Assembly (NCBI GenBank): GCA_047967505.1
Contig: CM106538.1
From: Dipteris shenzhenensis
Lineage: Eukaryota
Reading direction: 5' to 3' (one strand)
DNA length: 64,000 nucleotides
Part shown: positions 50,639 through 62,460 of the stretch, in pieces
Layout of the letters: each line of letters starts with the position of its first letter
Position numbering within the stretch: the first letter of the stretch is position 1
Made by a program: the position numbers and the translations under genes
Notes under the pieces: generated by a model
The model's input: only the letters and a program-made list of their open reading frames with translations
Told to the model about the DNA's origin: nothing
Database searches by the model: none

Positions 50639-52699
50639 ATTGTGGCCAATGAAACTACATTTAACATTGCGGGCCATTTCGTATAGCCTATAAGGTAACA
50701 CTGGGATGACACCATTTCACCTTGTTTATGCATGTGAAGCTATAGTCCCAATGGAATTTATTGTACCTAGTCTCCAAATAGCAGGCTGAGAATAGATTAT
50801 CTCCAGATGAATTAGTTAATCATAGGATTCAACAATTGTTGAAGCTAGAGGAAGATAGGGTGGTCAGTTCCTATCATTTTTAGATGTGATTCAAAAGAGA
50901 AGGCAAGCTTGGATAAACAAGAATATCAAGTTTAAAGTGTTTCGAAAAGGAGATCTAGTGTTGATGCTTAGTTCTAAGTGAGGTATGAGAAAACATGTGT
51001 ACCTCGAGATCAATGGAGCACTCTAAGGTGGATGGAAACTATGTGGAAACATGTTGAAGAGAATGCTCATGACATGTACCTCAAGTCAATTGGGTTCCAA
51101 AATAGATTAGCTTGGACTCATAAACAAAATCTTGAGTGAATGTGCATTTCTCTCTACTCAACAATACATGATAGGTCTCTTATATAGAGAGTGCCCTTTG
51201 AATAGTCAACACTTGTGGGATCCTCTCATCCACATTTCTCCTTGTGAATATCCTTGATCCACATCTCCACATCATGTAGTCCACATCCTAGGGTGGCTAC
51301 TTTAATACATTACTTAGCTCATACCTTTGCCTCTACCATGTGCACATGGAACCATATCTCAACACCTCCCCTTGGTGCCATGATCCATTGGCTACTGTGG
51401 TCAGATGTGAGTTTTTACATGTCAATACCTCCCCTAAGTGCTTGCATGGCTACTTGTAGGTGGTCAGGTTTGATTTACGAATGTGTGGGCTAAAGGTGGC
51501 GAGGTTGTTGCTTCTCAATGCTTGATGTTGATGGTGCTCTCTTCTTTGCTTAATGCAACTTGATGCTTTATTCTTCCATGTGCCTTAATTCTTTATGTGT
51601 GGATGCCATGTTCTATGCTATGTTCATCTCATGCACTTGTGCTTTTGGCATGCTTTGTGCATTCATGCGTTGCTTTTCCATTTGTTGCAAAGGTCTTACC
51701 AATTGATTTCTTTCAATATTAGTTGTGTCTAATTACTAACAATGATCTTGAGTTGAAAGGTGCGTAGAGCTCAAAAAGACGATCACTTTTCCTCTTTGGA
51801 GCACATGCAAATTATTCCTGGATTGGAAGTTATGGCTTGTCAAAGTTTTGATTTAAAAAAAAAGCCTTTGATGATGTGGCACATGCTGTTCACATGCAGC
51901 TTACAAATTGTGCTTGGTAGGGGCTATGTGCTTAGGTGGCACTGAACTAATCCTACCCCTAACCATGGTGAATCTTTACCACAGTTAATTTGACCCTAAC
52001 CATGGTGAACCTTTACCACAGTGATAAATTTGACTAGCCTTATCTGCTTGTTAACCAAGGTTATCTTAACCTAACCAGCCAAATATCTCAACCAACCCTA
52101 TCTCACTAGGGGTGGTTCCAAAAATGCCACGTGTCTTTTTGCAAACATTTGAGACCTTGAAGAAGGTGAAGACATCGTGACGGAGGAGAAGACGTCGATG
52201 GCGCATCTAAGTTGGATGAGGAGCCTAGTCATTGTTTAAAGGAGCCTATTGCATGCTTGGCCATCGGAGCAGTGCTTGCAGAGTCTGTCATTGTAGGAGC
52301 TTGGTCCGTCAGTTATAGGAGTAGCTTAAGTTGCTAGAGTAGGGAAAGAGCAGGTCGCGTTGGTCGTGTTGGAAGGCATCACGGGTTGGCTGTGGTAGAA
52401 GCTCGTTGGAGATGTGAGGCTTGAGATGTAGAAGCTTGTGGCTAGCAGTAGGGCTGTTGGCCATTGGAGTGGAAGGCTGTTGCTATAGTTGGAGAGGAAG
52501 AATAGCGTCAGAGCTTGGTGTTGTGCTGGGTTGCAGCCTCCCGTATGAAGGTGTTGGTGTAGTCAAGACTTGCAGATGGGTAGGAGGTGCAAAGGACATT
52601 CACAGACGGGCTGTAGAGTAGGCTAAAGATGCCTGTGAGCGCTCGAAGCATGCTGTGTGAGGCTGCTCCATTGCTCATTGCTTGTTGTTGCAGTGGAGA

Positions 52700-53060
52700 G
52701 TCAAGGTCGTTGGGGGCGGGGTGCGAGCAAGGAGCCGCTTCACGAACTTGCATGTAGCCTTGATTTGTGCAACGAGCCATGAAGAGGCCCCGTCGAGCCA
52801 AAAGTATGTGCAATCTATCCTGAGAGGAGGCACAAGTTCCCGACTGCACATGTCGTACTGATCCGTTTGCTTATGGATAGATTAAGCAAGGGGTTGTGGT
52901 CTTGAAATGCCTTACACTAATTCATAATGGTCTTCGAAGTAGTAGTTTCATATTTTGGGACCAACGTAGCTTTTACCGAGCAAGGGGAGGAGCCGTAATT
53001 ACTTGAACCTTGCTAGTTTCATGGATAAAAGTAGTCTCATGGCTTGGGAAGTGTCTTCTT
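52700..53060 (+). pseudogene. Captured ANTH/ENTH-domain clathrin assembly protein fragment (frameshifted)
   Basis: Across about three frameshifts: NLHVALICATSHEEAPSSQKYVQSILRGGTSSRLH / VLIRLLMDRLSK / VVVLKCLTLIHNGLRSSSFIFWDQRSFYRARGG / RNYLNLASFMDKSSLMAWEVSS. This matches the plant ANTH signature AT.H...RL...V.LK.L..IH...GGRNYL.L..F.D.SS...W. Confidence 0.8.
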
Positions 53061-53743
53061 TTTCAAACTCTCAATGGAGTCACAACAAACTTATTCCTGA
53101 CAAAGTCTCTGCCTTTCATGTTGTTGACTGTGCCTTTGAGCCAGTCATTGAAGACTAGGAAGCCGCTTGGCTATTGAAGGCCTTTGCTTGAAGTTGATGA
53201 TCACAAGACTTAGTTAGTAATTTTAGTCACCACTAAGAGCATCAAGCTCTCTCTTTCTCTCTCAAAGATCTCTCACTAGAGAATAACCTCTCACAATGGA
53301 AATAAATGGAAGGGAAACTTTCTCATAAGGAATGGACCTCTCATGTACCTAAGCTCAGCTTAAACCTACACTCTGATACTATGAGAAAACATGCATGCCT
53401 CAGGATCTATGGAGTGCTCTAAGGTGGATGGAACCTATGTGGAAACATGATGAAGAGAATGCTCATGACATGTACGTCAAGTCAATTAGGTTCCAAGATA
53501 GATTAGCTTCGACTCATAAATTGAATCTTGAGTGAATGTGCATCTCTCTACTCAACAATACATGATAGGCCTCTTATATAGAGAGTGCCCTTTGAATAGT
53601 CAACACTTGTGGGATCCTCTCATCCACATTTCTCCTTGTGGATATCCTTGATCCACATCTACACATCATGTAGTACACATCCTAGGGTGGCTACTTTAAT
53701 ACATTCCTTAGCTTAAACCTTTGCCTCTAATTCATGTGCACAG

Positions 53744-56700
53744 TGTTAATATATCGAGCTCCACTCGCGATATGCCAGGGTGACCGTTGTGTATTTATGT
53801 CACCGACTTGTTAGCTGGAGATGCGGTTGGTACACTGCCCACGAATAATAGCTGGATGATAGCTATCCTTATCTACTCTAGTTTGTGGCTCAGTTAGTAA
53901 GCCACCTTAGTTAGTTGAGTTTGGTTTGAGACCCACATATAGGGTTCTTCTATTTTCTTTGTACTAGAGTTTTTTGGCTTACACAATTAAGAAGAGGAAA
54001 ACAGTTTTCAGCCTCCACCTTTGTGTGTATTCCCCCATTGTGCTTGTGAGAAAGCCTCAAGTGAGACTCCTTCCCTCTCTCCCACTATCTTCACATGGTA
54101 TCAGAGCCTTGTTCGTGGTAAGGAGCTCAAGAAAGCAAGCCAAGTTCGTGGTGTCCTGGTAAGAGGACCATTGTTGCTTTCCTATTTCGAGTTTGGGAGC
54201 AAATCTCTGCAGGTAGCACAGCCAGAAGTGCAAGAGTGCACTGTCTCAGATTGAGATGCCCTTCGTGGTGTGGCGAGAGCGAAGTATATGCTGCAGGATA
54301 AGGGCAAAGCCCTTGGTGACTTTATTTTTCTGATTCGAGGCCATTTCGGGGCCCGTTTTTAAGGCGGAAGTTCTTTGCACAGGCACTCAAAAAAAGGCCC
54401 TGTTTTGGCTGTGCGACCACTGCACGGCTAGTCGGTGGAAAGTTGCCGCAGAAATTGCATCGTATGCCTGTGTGCAGAGATATTGGGAGTTGCAGATTCA
54501 TGCTTGTTGCCTGTTGATGCAAAATCGTCACTAAGAAGTGACTGTGTGGTGAAATACCACTTTCGTCAGTTTTGCAGATCTGCCCGTGTGAGGCAAAAGC
54601 TGTGTTTTTTGCAGTGACAGAATATTTTGCAGTGTTCTGTAATGGCATCTGATTCTCTTTCACAGATTGTCACTGAAAAACTTGACAAGAACAACTTCCA
54701 GGCATGGAAGTTTAGAATGACGAATTTCTTGATGGGAAAAGGCTATTGGGAGTTCATTACAGGAAATGAAGAAGAACCTGTTCTTCCTAATGTTCCCAAT
54801 CAACAGGAGATGCATCCATTCAAAGGATGACACGAGAGAGCCAGGAAAGTTATGTACTGGCTGTCTATCAGTATTTCGGACTCCATGATCGTGCATATTC
54901 AGGATGCAAGTACGCCAAAGGAGGCATGGGATACTTTGGCAAAAATGTACAGCACAAATACGCAAGCCAGGAAAATGTAGCTCAAATAGGAGTTGCACAA
55001 TGTGCAGAGAGAAAATTTGAGCATAAACGACTACCACATGAAGGCGAAGAAAATTGCAGATGCACTTGCTTCCATTGGGTCACCAGTGGAAGATGATGAT
55101 CTAGTTTCTGTGACCTTGAATGGTCTAGGAAAGGATTATGCACAGTTTCGGACATCCATTGCCGTCCGTGAAAAATTTCCAGATTTTGAAGAGTTGTTTG
55201 CTCTTCTAATTTCTGAAGAGCAGAGAAGTGGGGGTGCTTCTTCTTTAGGAGGAACTTCAAAAGAAACTGTCTTCTACTCAAATGCTGGCAGAGGTAGAGG
55301 CAGAGGTAGAGGAGGCCGATCTGCAGGCCGTGGTAGAAATCAGAATATGTAGCAAACGCAAGAAAACTAGTCCTATGAAGGAGGACATGGTAACTCTAGA
55401 GGCAGGGGGAGCCAAAGAGGCCGTGGTGGATGGCAGAGAGGCCAAAATGCAAACAGCAATGTTGAATGCTACTACTGTGGCAAAATTGGTCATATGGCTA
55501 AGGACTACTATAAAAAGTAGAATGACATTATGAATGGAAAATTGCAGCAAGGCAATTATGCATCTTCTAGTAGGCAGGGTGATGACAAAAATGAGCATCT
55601 ATTTATGGTGCAGCATATGACCAATTCTGTGACAAGTGCAGAAGAACAAAATGATGTGTGGTACGTTGACTCAGGTGCATCAAACCACATGACAGGTCAT
55701 GCAGAATGGATGCAAGATGCAAGGAAAATGGAAAAGCCAGGATTTGTGGAGACTGGTGATGATACTGCACATCCTATTGTGCAGATTGGTAAAATTCCTT
55801 TGTCTATGCAGGATGGAAAAAAGAAATACCTGTCCGATGTATTTCATGTCCCGAACATCACCAAGAACCTGGTTTCTGTTGGTCAAATGGTTGAGCAGGG
55901 CTTGCAGGTTAGATTTAATCCTCATGGATGCTTTGTTGAGGATATGAAAAATAACGGTCGCTTGATAGCAAAAGGAAAGAAGAAGGGCAGGATGTTTACG
56001 TTGGATGCGGACATGCCTGAATTGAGTGCAGCAATGTTTGCACATGGGACCGATGTAGTTGCAGATATTGATATCTGGCACAAACGCATTGGTCATGTTA
56101 ATATACAGCGACTTAAATCAATGCAAGCCCAAAATATTGTTGTAGGATTGCCTAAATTCAAGGTTGCAGAAATGCACAAGGTTTGTGAAGCCTGTCAATT
56201 TGGGAAACAGGCAAGGAAACCTTTTCCTAGGCATGTTCAAGAGAGTAAAAAGCCATTGGAATTAATCCACTCTGATGTGTGGACTACTAAAGCTGCATCT
56301 ATTGGAGGCTGTCACTATTTTGTCACATTTATTGATGACTTCAGCAGAAAACTGTGGGTGTATTTTATGAAAAAGAAAAGTGAAGTGTTTGGGCACTTCA
56401 AAGCTTTCAAAGCTATGGTTGAAAAAGAAATAGGCCTGTAAATAAAATGCCTAAGGTCAGATGGAGGGGGAGAGTACCTCTCAAATGAGTTTGCAAGGTT
56501 CTTGCAGGAGCATGGTATAAAGCAGCAATATTCATGCAGTCATACCCCACAGCAAAATGGAATTGCAGAAAGGAAAAACAGGCATATTGGAGAGGTATCT
56601 CAGGCTATGCTAAATGAAAAAGATATACCAGATTATTATTGGGCTGAAGCAGTTGCTACAGCAGTTTATATAATGAATAGGACTCCCACTGCAGCAATAC

Positions 56701-59315
56701 ATGGCATGACGCCAGAGGAGATGTATACTGGTAGGAAACCATATATTTCTCATTTGAAAATTTTTGGTTGCATTGCCTATGTCCATGTGCCAGATGAGTT
56801 GAGGTCCAAGTTGGATCCAAAAGCTGAGAAGTGCGTCTTTATTGGTTGTTCTCTGCAGCAAAAAGGGTATAGATGCTATAACCCTTCTACACGTAAGTTC
56901 ACAGTGGGCAGAGATGTTGTTTTTGATGAGATGAGCAGCTGGTATAAACCAGTAAATGTGATGATTGATGTAGATGCACAAAATGGTAATGCTACATAGA
57001 ATTCACAGCAGCAATCACAAAATATTAGTGGACCTGGAGTGTCCTCTAGCAGTGGTTCACATACTTCGCCATGGACAGGTAGATTGAGATCAGGAGAATC
57101 TCCTCAAAGAAATGCAGAGAGTGGTATGCAGGTATCACGAAAAGGAAAAGAGAAGGTAGATTAGCCCATGTTTGATGTGAATGCAGGTCACTCTTGTGTG
57201 GGTGGTAAATCCAATGGCTCTGAACAGAGCATTGATGATGAGTTGGGTATTCCCTCTGTTGTTACACCTGGAGTAAGGAAGACCAGGGATGTTTTGAGAG
57301 CACCTGGAAGTGAGCCTATTTTGCACAGGTCTACCAGGGTTAGGTATCCTGTGGATAGGCTGAAATATGATGGATTTACAGCCATTCACTATGCCTATAT
57401 GGTCAAAATGATATAGGAACCAGAACCCACTTCTTTTGAGCAAGCCATGGGAAATGAAAAATGGGAGAAAGCCATGGATGAAGAAATGGATGCCTTGGAT
57501 GCAAATGCTACATGGGAATTGGTGCCTTTGCCTAAAGACAAGAATGCAATTGGCTGTAAGTGAGTTTATAAGATCAAGCACAATGCAGATGGTTCTGTGA
57601 ATAGATACAAGGCAAGATTAGTTGTCAAGGGGTATGCACAGACATATGGCATTGATTATGAAAAAACTTTCAGCTCGGTTGCAAGGATGGCAACCGTAAG
57701 AGCAGCCATTGCTATGGCTGCATCAAAGGGATGGTCTTTACATCAGATGGATGTAAAGAATGCCTTTTTGCATGGTGATTTGCAAGAAGAGGTCTTTATG
57801 GAGTAGCCAGCAGGTTATGTTCATGCTATTCATCCTGAGTTTGTTTGCAGGTTGAAGAAAGCCTTGTATGGCTTGAAGCAAGCACCTAGAGCATGGTCTG
57901 ACAAGATAGGACAGTATCTTGTCACTATTGGCTTTCAGATTTCCAAGGTAGTTTTCTCACTCTATGTAAGAAAAACAGAGAAAGGGATTGTGCTGCTTGT
58001 CATTTATGTTGATGATTTGATCATCACAGGTGATAGTGATGAAGATATCCTTCATATGAAAATGCTATTGAGGCACAAGTTTGAGATGAAGGATTTGGGA
58101 GAGCTGCGTTATTTCTTGGGCATTGAGGTGATTAAATCACCAAGTGGGATACAGCTCTTGCAGAGGCAGTATGGATTGGACATGCTGTCCAAAAATGGGA
58201 TGATAGGCTGTAAGCCTATTTCAGTTCCTTTGGAGGAGAATGTGAAGCTGAGCGCAGATGCAGGTGAGCTTCTGGAAGACCCTACTATGTACAGACGGAT
58301 AGTAGGAAGTTTGATTTACATGACTATTACCAGGCTAGATTTGAGCTATGCTATTGGGTTGGTAAGTCAGTTTATGCAGGCTCCAAGGAAACCGCATTTG
58401 GATGCGGCTAGATGCATAATCAGGTATGTGAAGTCCACATTGCAGTATGGACTATTTTATGAGGCTGGGGTTCAGATACAGTTGCCTGGATACACTGATG
58501 CTGATTGGGCTGGTAGTATTTTTGATAGACGATCTACCAGTGGATATGTGTTCTCTTTTGGGAGTGCTGCAGTCACTTGGAGCAGCAAGAAATAGCCTAC
58601 AGTTGCCTTGTCGAGCACAGAGGCTGAGTACAGGGGTGCAGCAATGGCTGCATGTGAGGTAGCTTGGTTGCATAAGCTACTCTATGATATCCATCAGTCT
58701 ACAGATGGGCCAGTTGTCATTTATTGTGACAACATGAGCAGTATACACTTGGCAAATAACCCAGTCTATCATGCTAGAACAAAGCACATTGAGGTGTGTT
58801 ATCACTTTGTGCGGGAGAAGGTTTTACTAGGTCTTATTGATCTAGTTTATGTCAGCACAGAGGATCAGGTAGCTGACATATTCACGAAGGCATTGGGCGC
58901 AGAGAAGCTGTGCAAGTTCAGAGACCTGCTTGGTGTGCAGGAATTGGGATTGAGCTCGAGGGGGAGTGTTGAGATATCGAGCTCCACTCGCGATATGCCA
59001 GGGTGACCGTTGTGTATTTATGTCACCGACTTGTTAAGCTGGAGATGTGGTTGGTACACCGCCCACGAATAATAGCTGGATGACAGCTATCCTTATCTAC
59101 TCTAGTTTGTGGCTCAGTTAGTAAGCCACCTTAGTTAGTTGAGTTTGGTTTGAGACCCACATATAGGGTTCTTCTATTTTCTTTGTACTAGAGTTTTTTG
59201 GCTTATACAACTAAGAAGAGGAAAACAGTTTTCAGCCTCCACCTTTGTGTGTATTCCCCCATTGTGCTTGTGAGCCTCAAGTGAGACTCCTTCCCTCTCT
59301 CCCACTATCTTCACA
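53744..59315 (+). mobile_element. Structurally complete Ty1/copia retrotransposon (5572 bp)
   Basis: LTRs 53744-54095 and 58967-59315; perfect TSD CACAG; PBS TGGTATCAGAGC 54096-54107; PPT GAGGGGGAG 58958-58966. Confidence 0.97.
54642..59006 (+). pseudogene. Copia gag-pol polyprotein, single frame with at least 13 premature stops
   Basis: All ORF pieces share one frame. WYVDSGASNHM (PR), HSDVW/FIDDFSR/SDGGGEY/ERKNR (INT), [12 protein letters not shown] (RT), TDADWAG/CDN/ADIFTK (RH). The frame ends inside the 3' LTR. Confidence 0.95.
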
Positions 59316-62300
59316 CACAGGGCTCCATATCTCAACAAGGTCCTCGTCCAGGAAACTTAAGTTGAGATATGATGGTCCTTACAAAATTATGGAGGTATTG
59401 GGAGAAGGAACATTTAGATTGGAGGATATATATGGCAGTGCAGTTCCAAAACTGGTAAATGGTTATAGGTTGAAGCCGTATCATGCACCAACATTATCCA
59501 TAAATGCTGTGGGAGATGAATCAGTGCTTCAGGTTGGAGTGGTAATTATATACGCAGTGGCTACTTACCAAATTGGAGGGAGTTTTTTGCATGTCCAAAA
59601 TTCCAGAGACCCAAAAAGTCGGAGTGCAACATTTTGAAGGATGTTCCAAAGATCCAAAATTTCGAGGTGCCAAGTTTGCAGGTCCATACTCTTAGAGATG
59701 TCTAAAACATGCAAGAGTATGACACCTTGTCAAAATCAAAATTGTTGTATGCATTGATAATCATGAAGTGCATAATTATAATTTTTGGGTGGAGGGTGTA
59801 ATTGTCTATGCCAAGGTCAGGAGTGTTCTCTTCCAATCGATGCAAGCATTTCAATCGATGCGCCTACTACCTCCGATGACATGTCCATATAAGTTTGCAT
59901 GTTTGGCATCACCTTGTTCTAGCTGTTTCCAGTTCCAGCTTGCTGAATCTTTTCCAAGCACTTTCGCTTGTGATTCTCTATGTCAAAGGTTGTCCTTGGC
60001 ACATATCGATCTTGCTCAAGGTGCATAGCTTTCATTGTCCTATCTTGAGCTTGATTTACTTTCAGCCATCGCAGCTGGTTGAGAGATATGGGTCACAAAC
60101 TGACACGTGTATCGGCTCGTCAAACTAAGAGAATTCAAAGGGAGTCAAGTCACCCGTAGCGGAAGCTCAATATCTTTCAAAAGATTCGACCACTGAGTCG
60201 GATCCGTTAGTGAAAAGTAGTAAATCAATGACAGTCCATCGATATTCTAGGAATCAAAGGTATCTCTTGATTTGGGATTACATAAGAAATTGTTAAAAAG
60301 ATTAAGCTATATGATTTCACACGTTTGCCCTGGTTATTGTGGAAGGATAATCCGGAGGTTCTCAATAAATTTGAAGTATTACAAAGAATGGGAGGAGAAA
60401 TTCCTATGGGAGTGAAAATCACACCAGACTTAGTTGCTACTGTGTTTTGTTTACCCTATTATTTAGAGGAGGTTCAATTTGATAGATGTTCAAATGAGAT
60501 CATGATGGCCGAGTTTGGAAATCCAATTTTGTCCAAAAATTGTTATATGAATAGTAAAATACGAGATCCAATGAGAAAGCAGTAGTTGGGTTGGTTTGTA
60601 GAGAGGGTCATGTTACTGGTTCAGAATGATTATATGGCCAAAGAAAATTATGCTTGTTAGTGGTAGAACAAGGGGAAAAGGTGTCATGGGTGATGCTAAT
60701 GTACACAAAGTTAATGTAGGAGATCTCAAGGAAATAATCTCGAGCTCCGAATTAGTTTTCCAGAATTGTACCATGTATTACAACTTTATTTGGTCATGTA
60801 GTCCAAAAGAGAGAAAGCATTCCATCTCACAACAAGGAAAAAGGGAAAAAGCTATTTGAAGATTCAGATGATATAGTTAAGGATACCATTGATCACTTGG
60901 TCAAAGCCAAGTACACATATCAATGGTCAATGGAGATGGCTACAGGATAGTCATTATCTACACCTTTATAAAATACACCGATTATAGGTAAGGAGAATAA
61001 GGTTCTTCAGGAACCATAAAAAAGAAGATCTAGATAAAAAATTTCATTGAAGAAGGGGGCAATAAGTGACTTAAAGAAAAGATTGACAGCAGTCACTAAG
61101 GATCATCTTACAGATAATGAAGCAAATATCAGAACAACAATTACAAGTGAGAAGTCATTTAGTAATGTTTCATATAAGCAATCTACTACAGTAGTTGATG
61201 TTTTTAATGCCTATGCTAGTCAAATGCAAACACTTCAGCAACAATCAGTCAATGAAATTGTGGGATTGCAAACATATATTAGAATATTAGCACAGTTGAT
61301 GAAGGACCATGGTGAAGTACAGAAGATCCAACAAGAACTATTACAACTATAGAATTGGTTTCAAAGTTACAGGGAGCAAAAAGAAGAGACTGAGAAAAAT
61401 TTAATGGATCAGATTGAGCGGCAACAAGTATGTTTACTTACTATCAATGAATGGATGAAGGAGATGCAAGTTAAAATTTTTAATATTTTAGCACTACTTT
61501 CTAAACGCAATTTCTAAACACAATACAGAGTTGCAAACACATAACTTGTTATTGCAAGCAAAAATAGAATATTTGAAGTATGTAGAATAGGAGCTAAAGA
61601 CACTTTCAGAGGATACTGAGGTTGAAGGTACATTTATGAAGATTGATGCAATGGAGCATGCACATGCAGGACTGGTTACTATATCTCAGAATTCCTGGGA
61701 TAATGTCAAAGAAAAATGAACACCATATTAGAGAATTTGGGAAAATCCTGATAATTTGGGAACTTTTGAGGGGTTGTAATTATGTAACATTCAATGTTTT
61801 TCATTGATTTTTCCCATAAATTTGGTAGTCCATCCAAATCTCGCAAATGTGCATGGTTTGCATCAACATAAATAAAATGTCAAATGTTGAGGTTTCGACC
61901 AATGCATGGTATTTTTTGAGGGGTTGCAATTACAATGCATGGAGTGCACTCCATTGACTTTCTCCCTAAATTTGGCCATTTATATGAAACTCACAATTTG
62001 GAGTGTGCCTGTTCTGCATTAGCCGAGAAAAAAACATCATATGTTTGAGTTTAACGAAGCATTTTTTGCCTCTTCTCGAAAAAAGGTGGTGTTCAAAAAC
62101 ACCAATCTCAAACCTAGCCGCCTTTCCTTGCTGCCGAGTGCCCTTCGGGCCTTTGGGCTTGAGTGGGGGTTCTAATATGCAACGCCAAGCAGTTCCGTTC
62201 CACTTATTATTGAGTGAATCAGAATCAACACTAGTCCTTGATATTTTGTCGAGTGTGCAAAACTTGCAACCACAAAGCAATGGTCTGCAAAAAAAAAGAT

Positions 62301-62460
62301 AAAGAAAAAAGATCAATGTCATACCTTCCAAATATTTGTCAGTATTCAATTAAATTATTGTTGTGCAAGGAAAAAAAAGTCATGCTTTTCAAGCACCTTC
62401 ACTCCATTATGGAGTCAGCATCAGAGTGGAATCTGTTCTATGAGACAAATTGGATAAAGC

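Larger units (their letters stand above)
50986..59337 (-). mobile_element. Non-autonomous LTR element lacking gag/pol; 3' LTR 50986-51364, 5' LTR 53382-53743 plus 59316-59337
   Basis: Two similar ~380 bp LTRs; minus-strand PBS TAGTATCAGAG at ~53371-53381; PPT (plus cctcccct) next to 51364; flanking AGGTA/AGGTC (4/5 TSD). Confidence 0.85.
47700..59640 (+). mobile_element. Decayed Ty3/gypsy pol (PR-RT-RH-INT); integrase split at 50985/59338 by nested insertions
   Basis: [62 protein letters not shown]; resumes at 59338 with KLKLRYDGPYKI...VNGYRLKPY. Confidence 0.88.

Noticed and set aside
62114-62160. Helitron-like 3' end (gcccgaagggc hairpin then CTAG on minus)
   Set aside because: Stem is only 4 bp, spacing is long, CTAG is followed by G rather than T, and no Rep/helicase is seen.
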